Shown: piece after piece, positions 9,736-18,426 of the stretch | How positions within the stretch are numbered: the stretch's first letter is position 1 | Layout of the letters: each line of letters starts with the position of its first letter | Assembly: GCA_942493095.1 (NCBI GenBank) | Contig: OW818675.1 | Location: 870,001 to 902,000 of the forward strand | Length of the DNA: 32,000 nt | DNA from: Candidatus Electronema halotolerans | Lineage (GTDB): Bacteria > Desulfobacterota > Desulfobulbia > Desulfobulbales > Desulfobulbaceae | Reading direction: 5' to 3' | Made by a program: the position numbers and the translations under genes | Notes under the pieces: model-generated | Database searches by the model: none | What the model was told of the DNA's origin: nothing | The model's input: the letters and a program-made list of their open reading frames with translations, nothing else

Positions 9736-9950
9736 CACCAATCCAGTTTATCCAGTGTAACACCGTTGCAATCCGGTTCTTTTCTGGCATCCTGAATGCT
9801 CTGAACCATGCCGTCAATTGATCTTAAATATTCATCGTCACTAACGTAATCTGACTGATCTAAAATTTTTATCTCGTTTTTAAAGTGCTTCAGCAGCCAC
9901 AAAAATTTTTCGACGATGCCATCGTCTATGCGCAATGTGACCGTTTTCAT
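9735..9950 (-). CDS. Cognate antitoxin of the YoeB-type toxin
   Basis: 71-aa ORF immediately upstream of and overlapping the toxin start; MKTVTLRIDDGIVEKFLWLLKHFKNEIKILDQSDYVSDDEYLRSIDGMVQSIQDARKEP. Confidence 0.8.
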   Translation of the reverse strand: MKTVTLRIDDGIVEKFLWLLKHFKNEIKILDQSDYVSDDEYLRSIDGMVQSIQDARKEPDCNGVTLDKLDW

Positions 9951-10052
9951 GCTATCCTTTTCGATATACTACTCATTCAGAAATACAACGAACAGGAATC
10001 AGGCTGAAAACAACTCAACACCTGATTCCCGTTTTGCATCAGCCAGCAAAAA

Positions 10053-12260
10053 TTACCCCATCGCCGCTTCCATCTCCAGCGCAGGATGGCCCTTTTCCTT
10101 CATAAAGGCCAAGATTTCCTCCTCAGTGGTGCCCTGCTCTTCGGTGGCGATCATGTCGTACAGCTCCGGCATGCCCAAATCAGCGCAGGCGGCCTTCAGC
10201 TTGTCGCTGATCTCGTCCTTCATGATCTTGGGCATCCAGACCATCCGCTTCAAACCGCCTTCAGCCTTGAAGAGCTTCTTGCTAGTCATGAAGTGCTTGG
10301 ACACACCCATGAAACCTGGGGTCTGCATACCGCCGCCCGCCATGCCCGCCAGCGTGGTGAACTTCATGCCGGACGGAGTCATGCCCATGTAGTCGCGGTT
10401 GACAACCATGATGCCGTTGCACTGGGGCAGCATGGCGGCAATAGCCTCAAAGCAGCCGCAGGCGGTCATCGGGTTGTTCATCAGCGAGTAGCAGCTCACC
10501 TCAGTGACTGCGCCGCGTGAGGCCTGATTGACAAAGTCATTGATGCCGGTGAAATAGCCGTTGTCCGGGTCAGTGCATTCGCCCTTTTCAATCGGCTGGT
10601 TCGGGCCAGTCGGGTTGATCTGATACGAAGCCTTGCCGTCTAACCAGTTGTAGGCACCGCACATGCCGATGCGCTCCGGTGTGATCACGCAGACATGACT
10701 GGGCGCAAAGGACTGGCACAGGGTGCAGGAGTAGAAGACCTCTTCGGTTTCGTCGGTCATTGAGCCAAGGCGCAGGTCGCGCTCTTCGTAAACCTGCTTG
10801 GCCAGCTCCATGACCTCTTCGACCTTATCCTGCACTGTGTAGATTTTCACCTGCACCTTGTCGAGGATCGCGCCGAACTCCTGATGCAGCTTGCCGTGCA
10901 ATACCTTGCCGATATGCTTAAAGGAGAAGCCCTTTTCCACCGCGCCCTTGCCGATGCGGATCCACATGATGTTCCGCTGGCCGATGTGCATGATGCCTTG
11001 GACGTAGTTGATCAGATGATGGAACTGACGCTCCAAGATCGGCTCAAAGTCGGACTGCATCTCGCGGCCTGCCACCTCAACCAGAATGGCGATGGGCAGA
11101 TTCTGGCCCTGCTGGATGTCGCTGATGTCCGGGCCTTCGAGAATGATTCTGCCGTCTTCAACCTCGTCCATCTCCTTGGAGATCAGCACTTCCACGCCGG
11201 TGGTGCGACCACCGCCGCATTCCATGTACAGGTCATCCTTACGGATGCGCTCGCCCTCAAAGGCCGGGCCAAAGGACATGGGAATGTCAATTTTGGTCAC
11301 GCTGACCTTGAGGCCGCGCACCTCAATGGCCTTCTGGACAATCTCGTCATGCGGCACCTGCGAGACAACGTGCTCGTAGGTGCAGATGCCGGTCGGCAGC
11401 ACCTGCGGGATGTCGTAGTCGGAGATGGTCGGGAAGCCCCAATTGATCGCCCCGGCAGCGTTGGCATACCACTCATCGCAGACCGGGCCAAAGGCCATGA
11501 CAAAGGCAAAAGTCCGATCTTTATTATAGATCAGGTTGCCCCGGTAATCGCCCGGCTTCACGCCACCAAAGGCCAGAGCCACGCGGCAGGCAAAACCGAT
11601 GGCAAAGACTACTGAAGTGTAGGACTTGCCGAACGGCACCAGCCGGGTATTCCAACCTACTTGGACATCATTTTCCTTGAGCAGCTCGGCCATGTTCTTG
11701 CCGTTGGACTGGTCGTGCATGAAGATATAAAGATTCTTCTCCTGTAGCTCCAAGGCAATCTTGGAGGCGACCTCCTTGTCTTCCGGCGTGCCGACAATGG
11801 CGGCAAAACCAGGGGCGGTGCCGTCAACAAACTCCACGCCGCGCTTGCGGAAGATCACGTCGTCCGCCGCACCCAGCCAGAGGTTCTCCGGCAGCGGGTC
11901 TTCGGTCTTGGTGTAGAAATTCGGCTCATTCAGATAGCGAATGGCCTCGTACATCTCCTCAGCGAAATAAGTGGCCATGCCCGCATCCAAAGCCGGAGCA
12001 AGATAGGGCAGCCAGATGTTGTCGCTGACAATGGCGGGCAGGAGCGTGCGGCATTCTTGGAAAATCTCCTTCATGTCGCCCAGCTTCTCCACCTTGGCGC
12101 CGAGCATCGAATAAATGATCGGCAGATAGTAGGCCGTGTTGGGGAAGGCAACCTCCTGCTCAGGGCCGTACTTCTTCAGGGCCTCCTCGTAGGCGGCCTC
12201 GGCCATATCAACAATGTTATGAGCGCCCCGAATGGCTGCGGAACAGATGATTTTTGACAT
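10053..12260 (-). CDS. acsB: CO-methylating acetyl-CoA synthase, bacterial full-length form
   Basis: A-cluster region CTLCQSFAPSHVCVITPERIGMCGAYNWLDGKA ... NNPMTACGCFEAIAAMLPQCNGIMVVNRDY. N-terminal CODH-interacting region present. SD CTAAGGAG upstream. Confidence 0.95.
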   Translation of the reverse strand: MSKIICSAAIRGAHNIVDMAEAAYEEALKKYGPEQEVAFPNTAYYLPIIYSMLGAKVEKLGDMKEIFQECRTLLPAIVSDNIWLPYLAPALDAGMATYFAEEMYEAIRYLNEPNFYTKTEDPLPENLWLGAADDVIFRKRGVEFVDGTAPGFAAIVGTPEDKEVASKIALELQEKNLYIFMHDQSNGKNMAELLKENDVQVGWNTRLVPFGKSYTSVVFAIGFACRVALAFGGVKPGDYRGNLIYNKDRTFAFVMAFGPVCDEWYANAAGAINWGFPTISDYDIPQVLPTGICTYEHVVSQVPHDEIVQKAIEVRGLKVSVTKIDIPMSFGPAFEGERIRKDDLYMECGGGRTTGVEVLISKEMDEVEDGRIILEGPDISDIQQGQNLPIAILVEVAGREMQSDFEPILERQFHHLINYVQGIMHIGQRNIMWIRIGKGAVEKGFSFKHIGKVLHGKLHQEFGAILDKVQVKIYTVQDKVEEVMELAKQVYEERDLRLGSMTDETEEVFYSCTLCQSFAPSHVCVITPERIGMCGAYNWLDGKASYQINPTGPNQPIEKGECTDPDNGYFTGINDFVNQASRGAVTEVSCYSLMNNPMTACGCFEAIAAMLPQCNGIMVVNRDYMGMTPSGMKFTTLAGMAGGGMQTPGFMGVSKHFMTSKKLFKAEGGLKRMVWMPKIMKDEISDKLKAACADLGMPELYDMIATEEQGTTEEEILAFMKEKGHPALEMEAAMG

Positions 12261-12299
12261 TGAGTCAGCTCCTTAGTGTGCGTGCTTGGTTCTGTCCGG

Positions 12300-14927
12300 T
12301 CAGCCGACCAGCCCGTTGATCAGCGACTTGGCCATATTCACCGCCTTGGGATGGCGCATGATCATGACTTCGCCGCCCGCCATCAGCATGCAGGAGGCGG
12401 TGATGGCCTCCATCATGATGCCGCGCCGCTCCTGGTCGCCTATCATCTCGTCAGTGGGCAGGCCGACTTCCTTGGCCTTCCAGACCTCACGGCCCAAGTT
12501 GCAGATGATCGGCACTTGCAGCTTTTCGTCCTTCTGAGTCAGGGCGGCCAAGCGGATGCGCTCCATGACTGAGTAGGTGTACTCAATGCCGTAGCCGAGC
12601 GCGCCGACTGAGGGATCCATCAGCACAGTGTCAAGACCAACGCCGAGGTTTTGCAAGAGGATGTTGAGCTGCTTGGCCAAGTTCACGTCAATCGGCGAAG
12701 CAGCCACCACTGGATAGCGGAAGGCCATTGCGGTTGCGCCGATGGAGCGGTAGTTGCTGTCTTCCAGCGGAGCAAGGCAGACCTGCTTGTCGCCAATCAT
12801 GGAGGTGACTTCGCGCAGGGTCTCGGTGTCCTTGTCCGCATTGCCGCAGCCCCAGACGATCACCGGCACATCCACAGCCTGAATCACCTTGGCCGCATCC
12901 TGCGCCGCATCTTTGGCCGGACGGTTCGCACCATTGGGATCAGTGCCAGCCAGCCAGATGTTGATCGCATCCGCCTTATAAACATCCACGCACTTCTTGG
13001 CCCAAGCTGCCGGGTCGCCCATCACGTCGTCAAAATACTTGCTCAGGGTCGCAGGCCAGTTGTCAGGCTTGATATCCATCACTTCCATTGCGATCAGCGG
13101 CTTGTGCGGCATCTCGCCTTCAAAGAGATGGAACGGCATGGAGGTGGAGCCGCCGACAGTCACGGCCTTGTCACCGCTACCCAAGGTCACTTCCCGGATT
13201 GCCCCGGAGTAGTTCACCTTGTAGCTGGCCGCAGGAACCTTGCTTGCCCGCTCGGCAAAGGGTGCCTCGCCAGTCTTCAGTGCTGGCGCAGCCACATCAG
13301 CCGGAGCTTCTGCCGCAGGCTGGGCCGCTGCTTCAGCAGCCTCTTTCTTGGCCTTTTCTTCGGCCTCAGCTTTTGCTTTCGCATCCGCAGCAGCCTTAGC
13401 TTCCGCCTCGGCTTTGGCCGCAGCTTCTTCTTTGGCTTTTGCCTCAGCAGCCGCCTTGGCAGCGGCTTCAGCCTTAGCTTTTTCCTCTGCTTCAGCTTTA
13501 GCTTTCGCATCAGTAGCTGCTTTTGCCGCTGCCTCTTCCTTGGCCTTGGCCTCTGCGGCAGCCTTTTCTGCCGAATCATCCGCAACCGGCTGGGCTGGCG
13601 CAGCCGGAGCCACCGTCCTCGGTGTGTAGGTTGGCGGTGCCTCGCCCAGCACCTTGGCGGCATTGGCAAAGTTCATCAATGCCTGGAACTGGTCCTCGCT
13701 GAGTCCGTAAGCCTTTTTCAAGGCTTCCAGCCCCTTGTGCATGGACTCCAACGCCATGCGTCGTCCTTGCTCATTCATTTCATGCTCTCCCGCATCGTCT
13801 GCCTGTTCAGCAGGTTGAATCTCTGCCCCAACCTGCGGACGAGGTGCGGCGACGAATGCCTCCGCCTCCTTCCGGGCTGCGGCGATAATCTGTTCAGCCT
13901 CGGCCTTGGCCTGAGCCAGCAGGGCATCGGCAGCATCAGTCCGCACCTCGACGGTTTCTACAGCCGGAGCTGCGGTTTCTGCAATCGGCGCGGCAACGGC
14001 TTCTTCAGCAAAAGCAGGACGGGGCAGCAGACCGGCGCGCTCGCAAATTTCAGCGACAGCCTCCTCCCATTCAATCGCCATGACATGGACACCGGCCACG
14101 CCCGGAATCTCCTTGACCTGATTGATGATATCCACACAGATATTGATGCCTTCCTGCTTCTGATCCTTGGCATCCTGCATCCGCTTGATGACTGCGTCAG
14201 TGACATCCATGCCCGGCACAAACTTCTTCATGTAGCGGGCCATGCCCAAGGACTTGGGCGGGGTAACACCGGCAAGGATGTGCGCCTTCTCGGTCAGGCC
14301 AAGGTCGCGGGCCATTTTCATGAACTCCGCAAACTTGTCAACATTGTAGATGATCTGGGTCTGGATGAAGTCCGCGCCGTTGGCGATCTTCTTGCCCATG
14401 CGCACAGCCCGAAAGTCGAACGGCCAAGCAAAGGGATTGGCTGCCGCGCCAAGGAACAGTTCCGGCGCCTTGCCCTTCAGTGCCTCGCCGCACTGGAACT
14501 TTTTGCCGTCGCGCAAGTCCCGCATCATGCCAAGGAGCTGAATCGAGTCCATGTCGAACACGCCCTTTGCTCCGGGATGATTGCCGAACTTCTGGTGATC
14601 GCCGGTCAGACAGAGGAGATTCTTCAGGCCAAGGGCTGCGGCGGCCAAGATGTCGGACTGCATGCCGATTCGGTTGCGGTCCCGACAGGTCATCTGAATG
14701 ACCGGTTCCACGCCCTCGGCCTGAGCTAGCAGCCCCGCGCCAATGGACGACATGCGGACAATTGCGGTCTGGCAGTCAGTGATATTGACCGCATCCACTT
14801 TGCCCTTCAGTATTCGCGCCTTGGCCCGGACCACCTCCGGGTCACTGTTTTTGGGCGGCCCCAGTTCGCCGGTGACAGCGAACTGACCGCTGCGGAGCAC
14901 CCGCTCCAAATTGCTCCCCGATTTCAT
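12300..14927 (-). CDS. Fusion ORF: methylenetetrahydrofolate reductase (MetF-like) + Ala/Lys/Glu-rich linker + corrinoid/iron-sulfur protein small (delta) subunit (AcsD)
   Basis: N-terminus (about 14930-14022): FAVTGELGPPKNSDPEVVRAKARILKGKVDAVNITDCQTA...CLTGDHQ...FIQTQIIYNVDKF...ILAGVTPPKSLGMARYMKKFVPG. C-terminus (about 13280-12300): GGSTSMPFHLFEGEMPHKPLIAMEVMDIKPDNWPATLSKYFDDV...IWLAGTDPNG...LEDSNYRSIGATAMAFRYPVVAASPIDVNLAKQLNILL. One uninterrupted frame. Confidence 0.9.
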   Translation of the reverse strand: MKSGSNLERVLRSGQFAVTGELGPPKNSDPEVVRAKARILKGKVDAVNITDCQTAIVRMSSIGAGLLAQAEGVEPVIQMTCRDRNRIGMQSDILAAAALGLKNLLCLTGDHQKFGNHPGAKGVFDMDSIQLLGMMRDLRDGKKFQCGEALKGKAPELFLGAAANPFAWPFDFRAVRMGKKIANGADFIQTQIIYNVDKFAEFMKMARDLGLTEKAHILAGVTPPKSLGMARYMKKFVPGMDVTDAVIKRMQDAKDQKQEGINICVDIINQVKEIPGVAGVHVMAIEWEEAVAEICERAGLLPRPAFAEEAVAAPIAETAAPAVETVEVRTDAADALLAQAKAEAEQIIAAARKEAEAFVAAPRPQVGAEIQPAEQADDAGEHEMNEQGRRMALESMHKGLEALKKAYGLSEDQFQALMNFANAAKVLGEAPPTYTPRTVAPAAPAQPVADDSAEKAAAEAKAKEEAAAKAATDAKAKAEAEEKAKAEAAAKAAAEAKAKEEAAAKAEAEAKAAADAKAKAEAEEKAKKEAAEAAAQPAAEAPADVAAPALKTGEAPFAERASKVPAASYKVNYSGAIREVTLGSGDKAVTVGGSTSMPFHLFEGEMPHKPLIAMEVMDIKPDNWPATLSKYFDDVMGDPAAWAKKCVDVYKADAINIWLAGTDPNGANRPAKDAAQDAAKVIQAVDVPVIVWGCGNADKDTETLREVTSMIGDKQVCLAPLEDSNYRSIGATAMAFRYPVVAASPIDVNLAKQLNILLQNLGVGLDTVLMDPSVGALGYGIEYTYSVMERIRLAALTQKDEKLQVPIICNLGREVWKAKEVGLPTDEMIGDQERRGIMMEAITASCMLMAGGEVMIMRHPKAVNMAKSLINGLVG
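13326..13574 (-). repeat. Coding low-complexity Ala/Lys/Glu repeat tract within the MetF-AcsD linker
   Basis: DSAEKAAAEAKAKEEAAAKAATDAKAKAEAEEKAKAEAAAKAAAEAKAKEEAAAKAEAEAKAAADAKAKAEAEEKAKKEAAEAAA; two near-copies of KAAAEAKAKEEAAAKA and of DAKAKAEAEEKAK. Confidence 0.9.
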
Positions 14928-15018
14928 CAATCCTCCTCGCCTGACCCGCCGCTGGGGCAGATCGTTATATTCTTCAAATTTTCTGTCAATTCTGGTGAAG
15001 GGGCTGGCCGAATCGCCT

Positions 15019-15157
15019 GTAGGGGCGAACCCCTGTGTTCGCCCTTTTTCCGGCCCGGAACAAGCAAGACACGGGGGGCTGCCCCTACGTGTTCATGAAC
15101 CGAATCGCCGGATCGACTTCGCGCATCCGTAGGGGCAATTCATGAATTGCCCCTACG
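15019..15157. repeat. Composite of GTAGGGGC-type intergenic palindromic repeat units
   Basis: gtaggggcgaacccctgtgttcgccc (15019-15044), ...ggggggctgcccctac (ending about 15087), and a perfect 30-bp palindrome cgtaggggcaattcatgaattgcccctacg (15128-15157). Confidence 0.75.
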
Positions 15158-15186
15158 CATTACGAATCATCGGCAAAATCCGCCTG

Positions 15187-17178
15187 TCAATGCTTGCCGC
15201 CGCCGCAGCCCATGCCGCCAATGCCCTTGCCCGCCTCGATTTCACGGCGCATGGCCATATCCATCAGCACGCGCTCTTTCTTCTTGTTGATGCCGAGAGC
15301 CTCGCGCTTCTCCTCAATGGCATCAATCATGGCTTTGGCAATGGCTTCTGGCTCTTCAGCCACGCCCCAGCAGGCCCCGTACTCCTCTTTCAATCCTTTG
15401 AGGATGAAGTCAGAAAACTTCTTGGCCCCGCTGATCGGCAGATTCTGGAAGATGACATGCGCGCCGCTGGTGACAAAATACTGGCCAATAGCCACCGCCT
15501 TTTCGCTCATCCAGAGCGGAGCCGAGCCAACCGCAGGCAGCTCGGAAATGTCATCACCAAGGCCGCCTTCATGCACCATTTCAGTCAGGGCGATGAGCAG
15601 ACGGGAGTTATCGACACAGGAGCCGACATGCAGAACTGGCGGCATGCCCACGGTCTCGCAGACCTCGCGCAGGGTCTCGCCAGCGTATTCAGTGGCTGCC
15701 TCCGGGCGCATCAGACCACGACGGCCAAGTGCTTGGGCCGCGCAGCCGGTGGCCAGGACCAGGACGTTGTTCTTGATCAGCTCAACCGCAATCTTGAAAT
15801 GCACATCATCTGAATGCTTATAGTGCTCGCAGCCGACCAGCGCAGCCACGCCCCGGATGCGGCCATTGATGATGTTGTCGTTGAGCGGACGGTAGGACTG
15901 CCGGAAACGGCCACCGAGCATGTAGTTGATGGTCTCGTGCGAGAAGCCGACCACCACGTCAAACTTCTTGTCCTTGGGAATGTAATACGGCCCGCGCTTC
16001 TTGAAATTGCCGATGGCGTGGGTGAGAATCTTCTTGGCCGAGGCATAGGCATCATGCTCGTCAAACTGGATGTGAATGGCATCCGGCATCATGGCCCGGT
16101 AGTTGGTGGTGATGATGTCAGTGTGCTTTTCCTTGGCCACTTGCCCCACAGACTGCATCACGCACTGGACATCAACCACCATTGCCTCGACCGCGCCGGT
16201 TGCCAGCACCATCTCCTGCTGAATGAAAGAACCTGCCACCGGAATGCCCCGGCGCATCAGAATCTCGTTGCCAGTGCAGCAGACACCAGCCAAGTTGATG
16301 CCTACGGCCCCGGCCTTCTTGGCCAAAGCCAGCAGCTCCTCATCCTCAGCAGCCAGACAGAGCGACTCAGCCAAGAGCGGTTCATGGCCATGCACAGTGA
16401 CATTGACCATGTCCTCGCGCAGCACGCCAAGGTCAATCAGCGCCCGCTTGGGCACTGGTGTGCCGAACATGATGTCGGTCAGCTCGGTGGAGAGCATGGA
16501 CGAACCCCAGCCGTCTGCCAAGGAGCAGCGGGCGGCCTGACGCATGATGTTGTGGTATTCCTGATCCACGCCAATATGGGTGCGGTGCATAACCTCAACC
16601 ACTTCGCGGTCAACACCACGCGGCTCCACGCCTTTTTCCTTCCAGATGGCCTGCTGCTTCTTGGGAGCGCGCTTGAGCATGGTCAGGGTGCCGTCCTGCT
16701 GGCCGAACTCGGCCAAGGCGCGCTCGCCCAGCTCAAGAGCGATTTCGTTTTTGTCCCGACCCTCGGTCTCAATGCCGAAAAGCGCGGCCATCTTGTGCAG
16801 CTTGGCCACATCTTTGATCTCGTGCGGGGTCTCGCCCTTGGCTGTGGCAATGAAGCCGCGCACCATCTCGCGGGCATGGTCTGTATGGGCTGCTGCGCCT
16901 GCGGCCACAGCGCGGGCAAAGTTGCGGGCTGCGACGGTGTCAGCAGTGGCCCCGCAGATGCCGACCATGCTTTCCACGCCATCAATGATCTGGCACGGCC
17001 CCATGTTGCAGTTCTTGCAGCAGGTGCCCTGCGAGCCAAAGAGGCAGGCGGACATGCCCCGCTCTTCCAAGCGGGTGTAGGCGGTGCGGACTTTCTTGGC
17101 TAAATCCTGACTGAGCAGCTCGCGGGTGGAGCTGCTGGTGATCTCGTTGCTGCTGGCAATGCGGCTGGGCTTGGCCAT
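15187..17178 (-). CDS. cooS: Anaerobic Ni-dependent carbon monoxide dehydrogenase catalytic subunit
   Basis: CLFGSQGTCCKNCNMGPCQIIDG...GICGATADTVAARNFARAVAAGAAAHTDHAR; GVCCTGNEILMRRGIP; ATGCAAQALGRRGLM; HVGSCVDNSR. May be designated acsA in this ACS context. Confidence 0.95.
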   Translation of the reverse strand: MAKPSRIASSNEITSSSTRELLSQDLAKKVRTAYTRLEERGMSACLFGSQGTCCKNCNMGPCQIIDGVESMVGICGATADTVAARNFARAVAAGAAAHTDHAREMVRGFIATAKGETPHEIKDVAKLHKMAALFGIETEGRDKNEIALELGERALAEFGQQDGTLTMLKRAPKKQQAIWKEKGVEPRGVDREVVEVMHRTHIGVDQEYHNIMRQAARCSLADGWGSSMLSTELTDIMFGTPVPKRALIDLGVLREDMVNVTVHGHEPLLAESLCLAAEDEELLALAKKAGAVGINLAGVCCTGNEILMRRGIPVAGSFIQQEMVLATGAVEAMVVDVQCVMQSVGQVAKEKHTDIITTNYRAMMPDAIHIQFDEHDAYASAKKILTHAIGNFKKRGPYYIPKDKKFDVVVGFSHETINYMLGGRFRQSYRPLNDNIINGRIRGVAALVGCEHYKHSDDVHFKIAVELIKNNVLVLATGCAAQALGRRGLMRPEAATEYAGETLREVCETVGMPPVLHVGSCVDNSRLLIALTEMVHEGGLGDDISELPAVGSAPLWMSEKAVAIGQYFVTSGAHVIFQNLPISGAKKFSDFILKGLKEEYGACWGVAEEPEAIAKAMIDAIEEKREALGINKKKERVLMDMAMRREIEAGKGIGGMGCGGGKH

Positions 17179-17220
17179 AATTCAAACTCTCCTCTCCTGA
17201 GTGAAAATGTTGCGAAAAAC

Positions 17221-18108
17221 TTAGGCCAGCCCGGCAAACTGCTTTGCCGACTGCACCGTATTCTTCATCAGCATGGTGATGGTCATTGGCCCAACTCCAC
17301 CCGGCACCGGGGTGATCGCGGCAGCCTTCTCTTTGACCGAGGCAAATTCCACGTCACCGGCCAATTTGGCTTTGCCGGATTCCGTCACGCCAATCCGGTT
17401 GACCCCGACATCAATCACCACCACGCCCTCTTTGACCTGATCCGCCTTGATCATGTTGGCGACACCAGCGGCCACGATGAGAATGTCAGCCCGCTTGGTG
17501 TGAAAATCCGTGTCCTTGGTCCGGGTGTGGCAGAGGGTGACAGTGGCATTGCCTGCATCCCGCTTCTGAAGCATCAGGTTAGCGACCGGCTTGCCGACAA
17601 TGTTGGAGCGGCCCACGACCACCACCTCAGCCCCGGAGGTTTCCACGCCGCTGCGCTTGAGCAGCTCCAGCACGCCATGCGGCGTGCAGGGCAGGAAGCA
17701 TTTCTCACCCAGCACCATCCGGCCCACGTTCATCGGATGAAAGCCATCCACGTCCTTGTCCGGGTTGATGGCGTTCAAAACTTTGGCCTCATCAATTTGT
17801 TTGGGCAGCGGGAGCTGAACCAGAATGCCGTGAATTTTCGGATCGTTGTTATGTTTTTCCACCAGAGCCAGTAGATCAGCCTCAGCAGTGTCCGCAGGCA
17901 GTGTGACCTGCTCGGAATGAATGCCCAAGGCATGGGCGGTCTTGTTTTTGGCAGCCACATAGGACTGGGAGGCGGGATCCTCGCCCACCAGAATGGTGAC
18001 CAAGCCGGGCACGACATTGTGCTTTGCCGCCAGCTCGGCAACCTCAGCCTTCAGCTCCTCGCGGATTTCTTTTGCAACTTCAGTGCCGCTGATAATTTTT
18101 GCGCTCAT
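17221..18108 (-). CDS. folD: Bifunctional methylenetetrahydrofolate dehydrogenase / methenyltetrahydrofolate cyclohydrolase
   Basis: GLVTILVGEDPASQSYVAAKNKTAHALGI...GFHPMNVGRM...PCTPHGVLELLKRSG...VVVGRSNIVGKPVANLML...PVPGGVGPMTITMLMKNT. Start assigned at MSAKIISG (ATG 18108, SD AGGAG). Confidence 0.95.
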   Translation of the reverse strand: MSAKIISGTEVAKEIREELKAEVAELAAKHNVVPGLVTILVGEDPASQSYVAAKNKTAHALGIHSEQVTLPADTAEADLLALVEKHNNDPKIHGILVQLPLPKQIDEAKVLNAINPDKDVDGFHPMNVGRMVLGEKCFLPCTPHGVLELLKRSGVETSGAEVVVVGRSNIVGKPVANLMLQKRDAGNATVTLCHTRTKDTDFHTKRADILIVAAGVANMIKADQVKEGVVVIDVGVNRIGVTESGKAKLAGDVEFASVKEKAAAITPVPGGVGPMTITMLMKNTVQSAKQFAGLA

Positions 18109-18426
18109 GACTGCTCCTGAAAAAAATATATATTCAGCCGGTCCCGCAGCCTGCTCATGCAAAGCAGACCGGCAGACTGCAGGGGCCGCCGGCTGGATGG
18201 AATCATGTCTCTGACTGACGAACAAGAATGGTATGATAACAGGTTATGCCTATTTTTTTCAACCTAAATCCTTGCCGCGACCCGCGTCAGCGGCGTTTTC
18301 TTCATTTTTGTGATGATCATGATGGGAAGCGTTTGAGAAAACGCTCGCAAGCGGTGCAGACGGCAGATTGCGGCAAAAGACCGCAATCCCGAAATGTTGG
18401 CTGGACCTGCCGGGTGAAATGAGCTG

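Noticed and set aside
13240-13669. Ala/Ser-rich plus-strand ORF and His/Arg-rich minus-strand ORF over the repeat tract
   Set aside because: These are alternate-frame readings of the Ala/Lys/Glu repeat DNA, not independent genes.
12651-14729. 692-aa plus-strand ORF in the track, antisense to metF-acsD
   Set aside because: The opposite strand encodes unmistakable MetF and AcsD motifs. The shadow ORF is a by-product of GC-rich codon usage and has no recognisable protein features.
15814-17103. 429-aa plus-strand ORF antisense to cooS
   Set aside because: The cooS motifs on the minus strand are clear; the antisense translation is low-complexity and has no family resemblance.
17221-18225. Track start of folD at 18225 (N-terminal extension MFVSQRHDSIQPAAP...)
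   Set aside because: The extension does not look like FolD; the ATG at 18108 (MSAKIISG) has a good SD and matches the usual FolD N-terminus.
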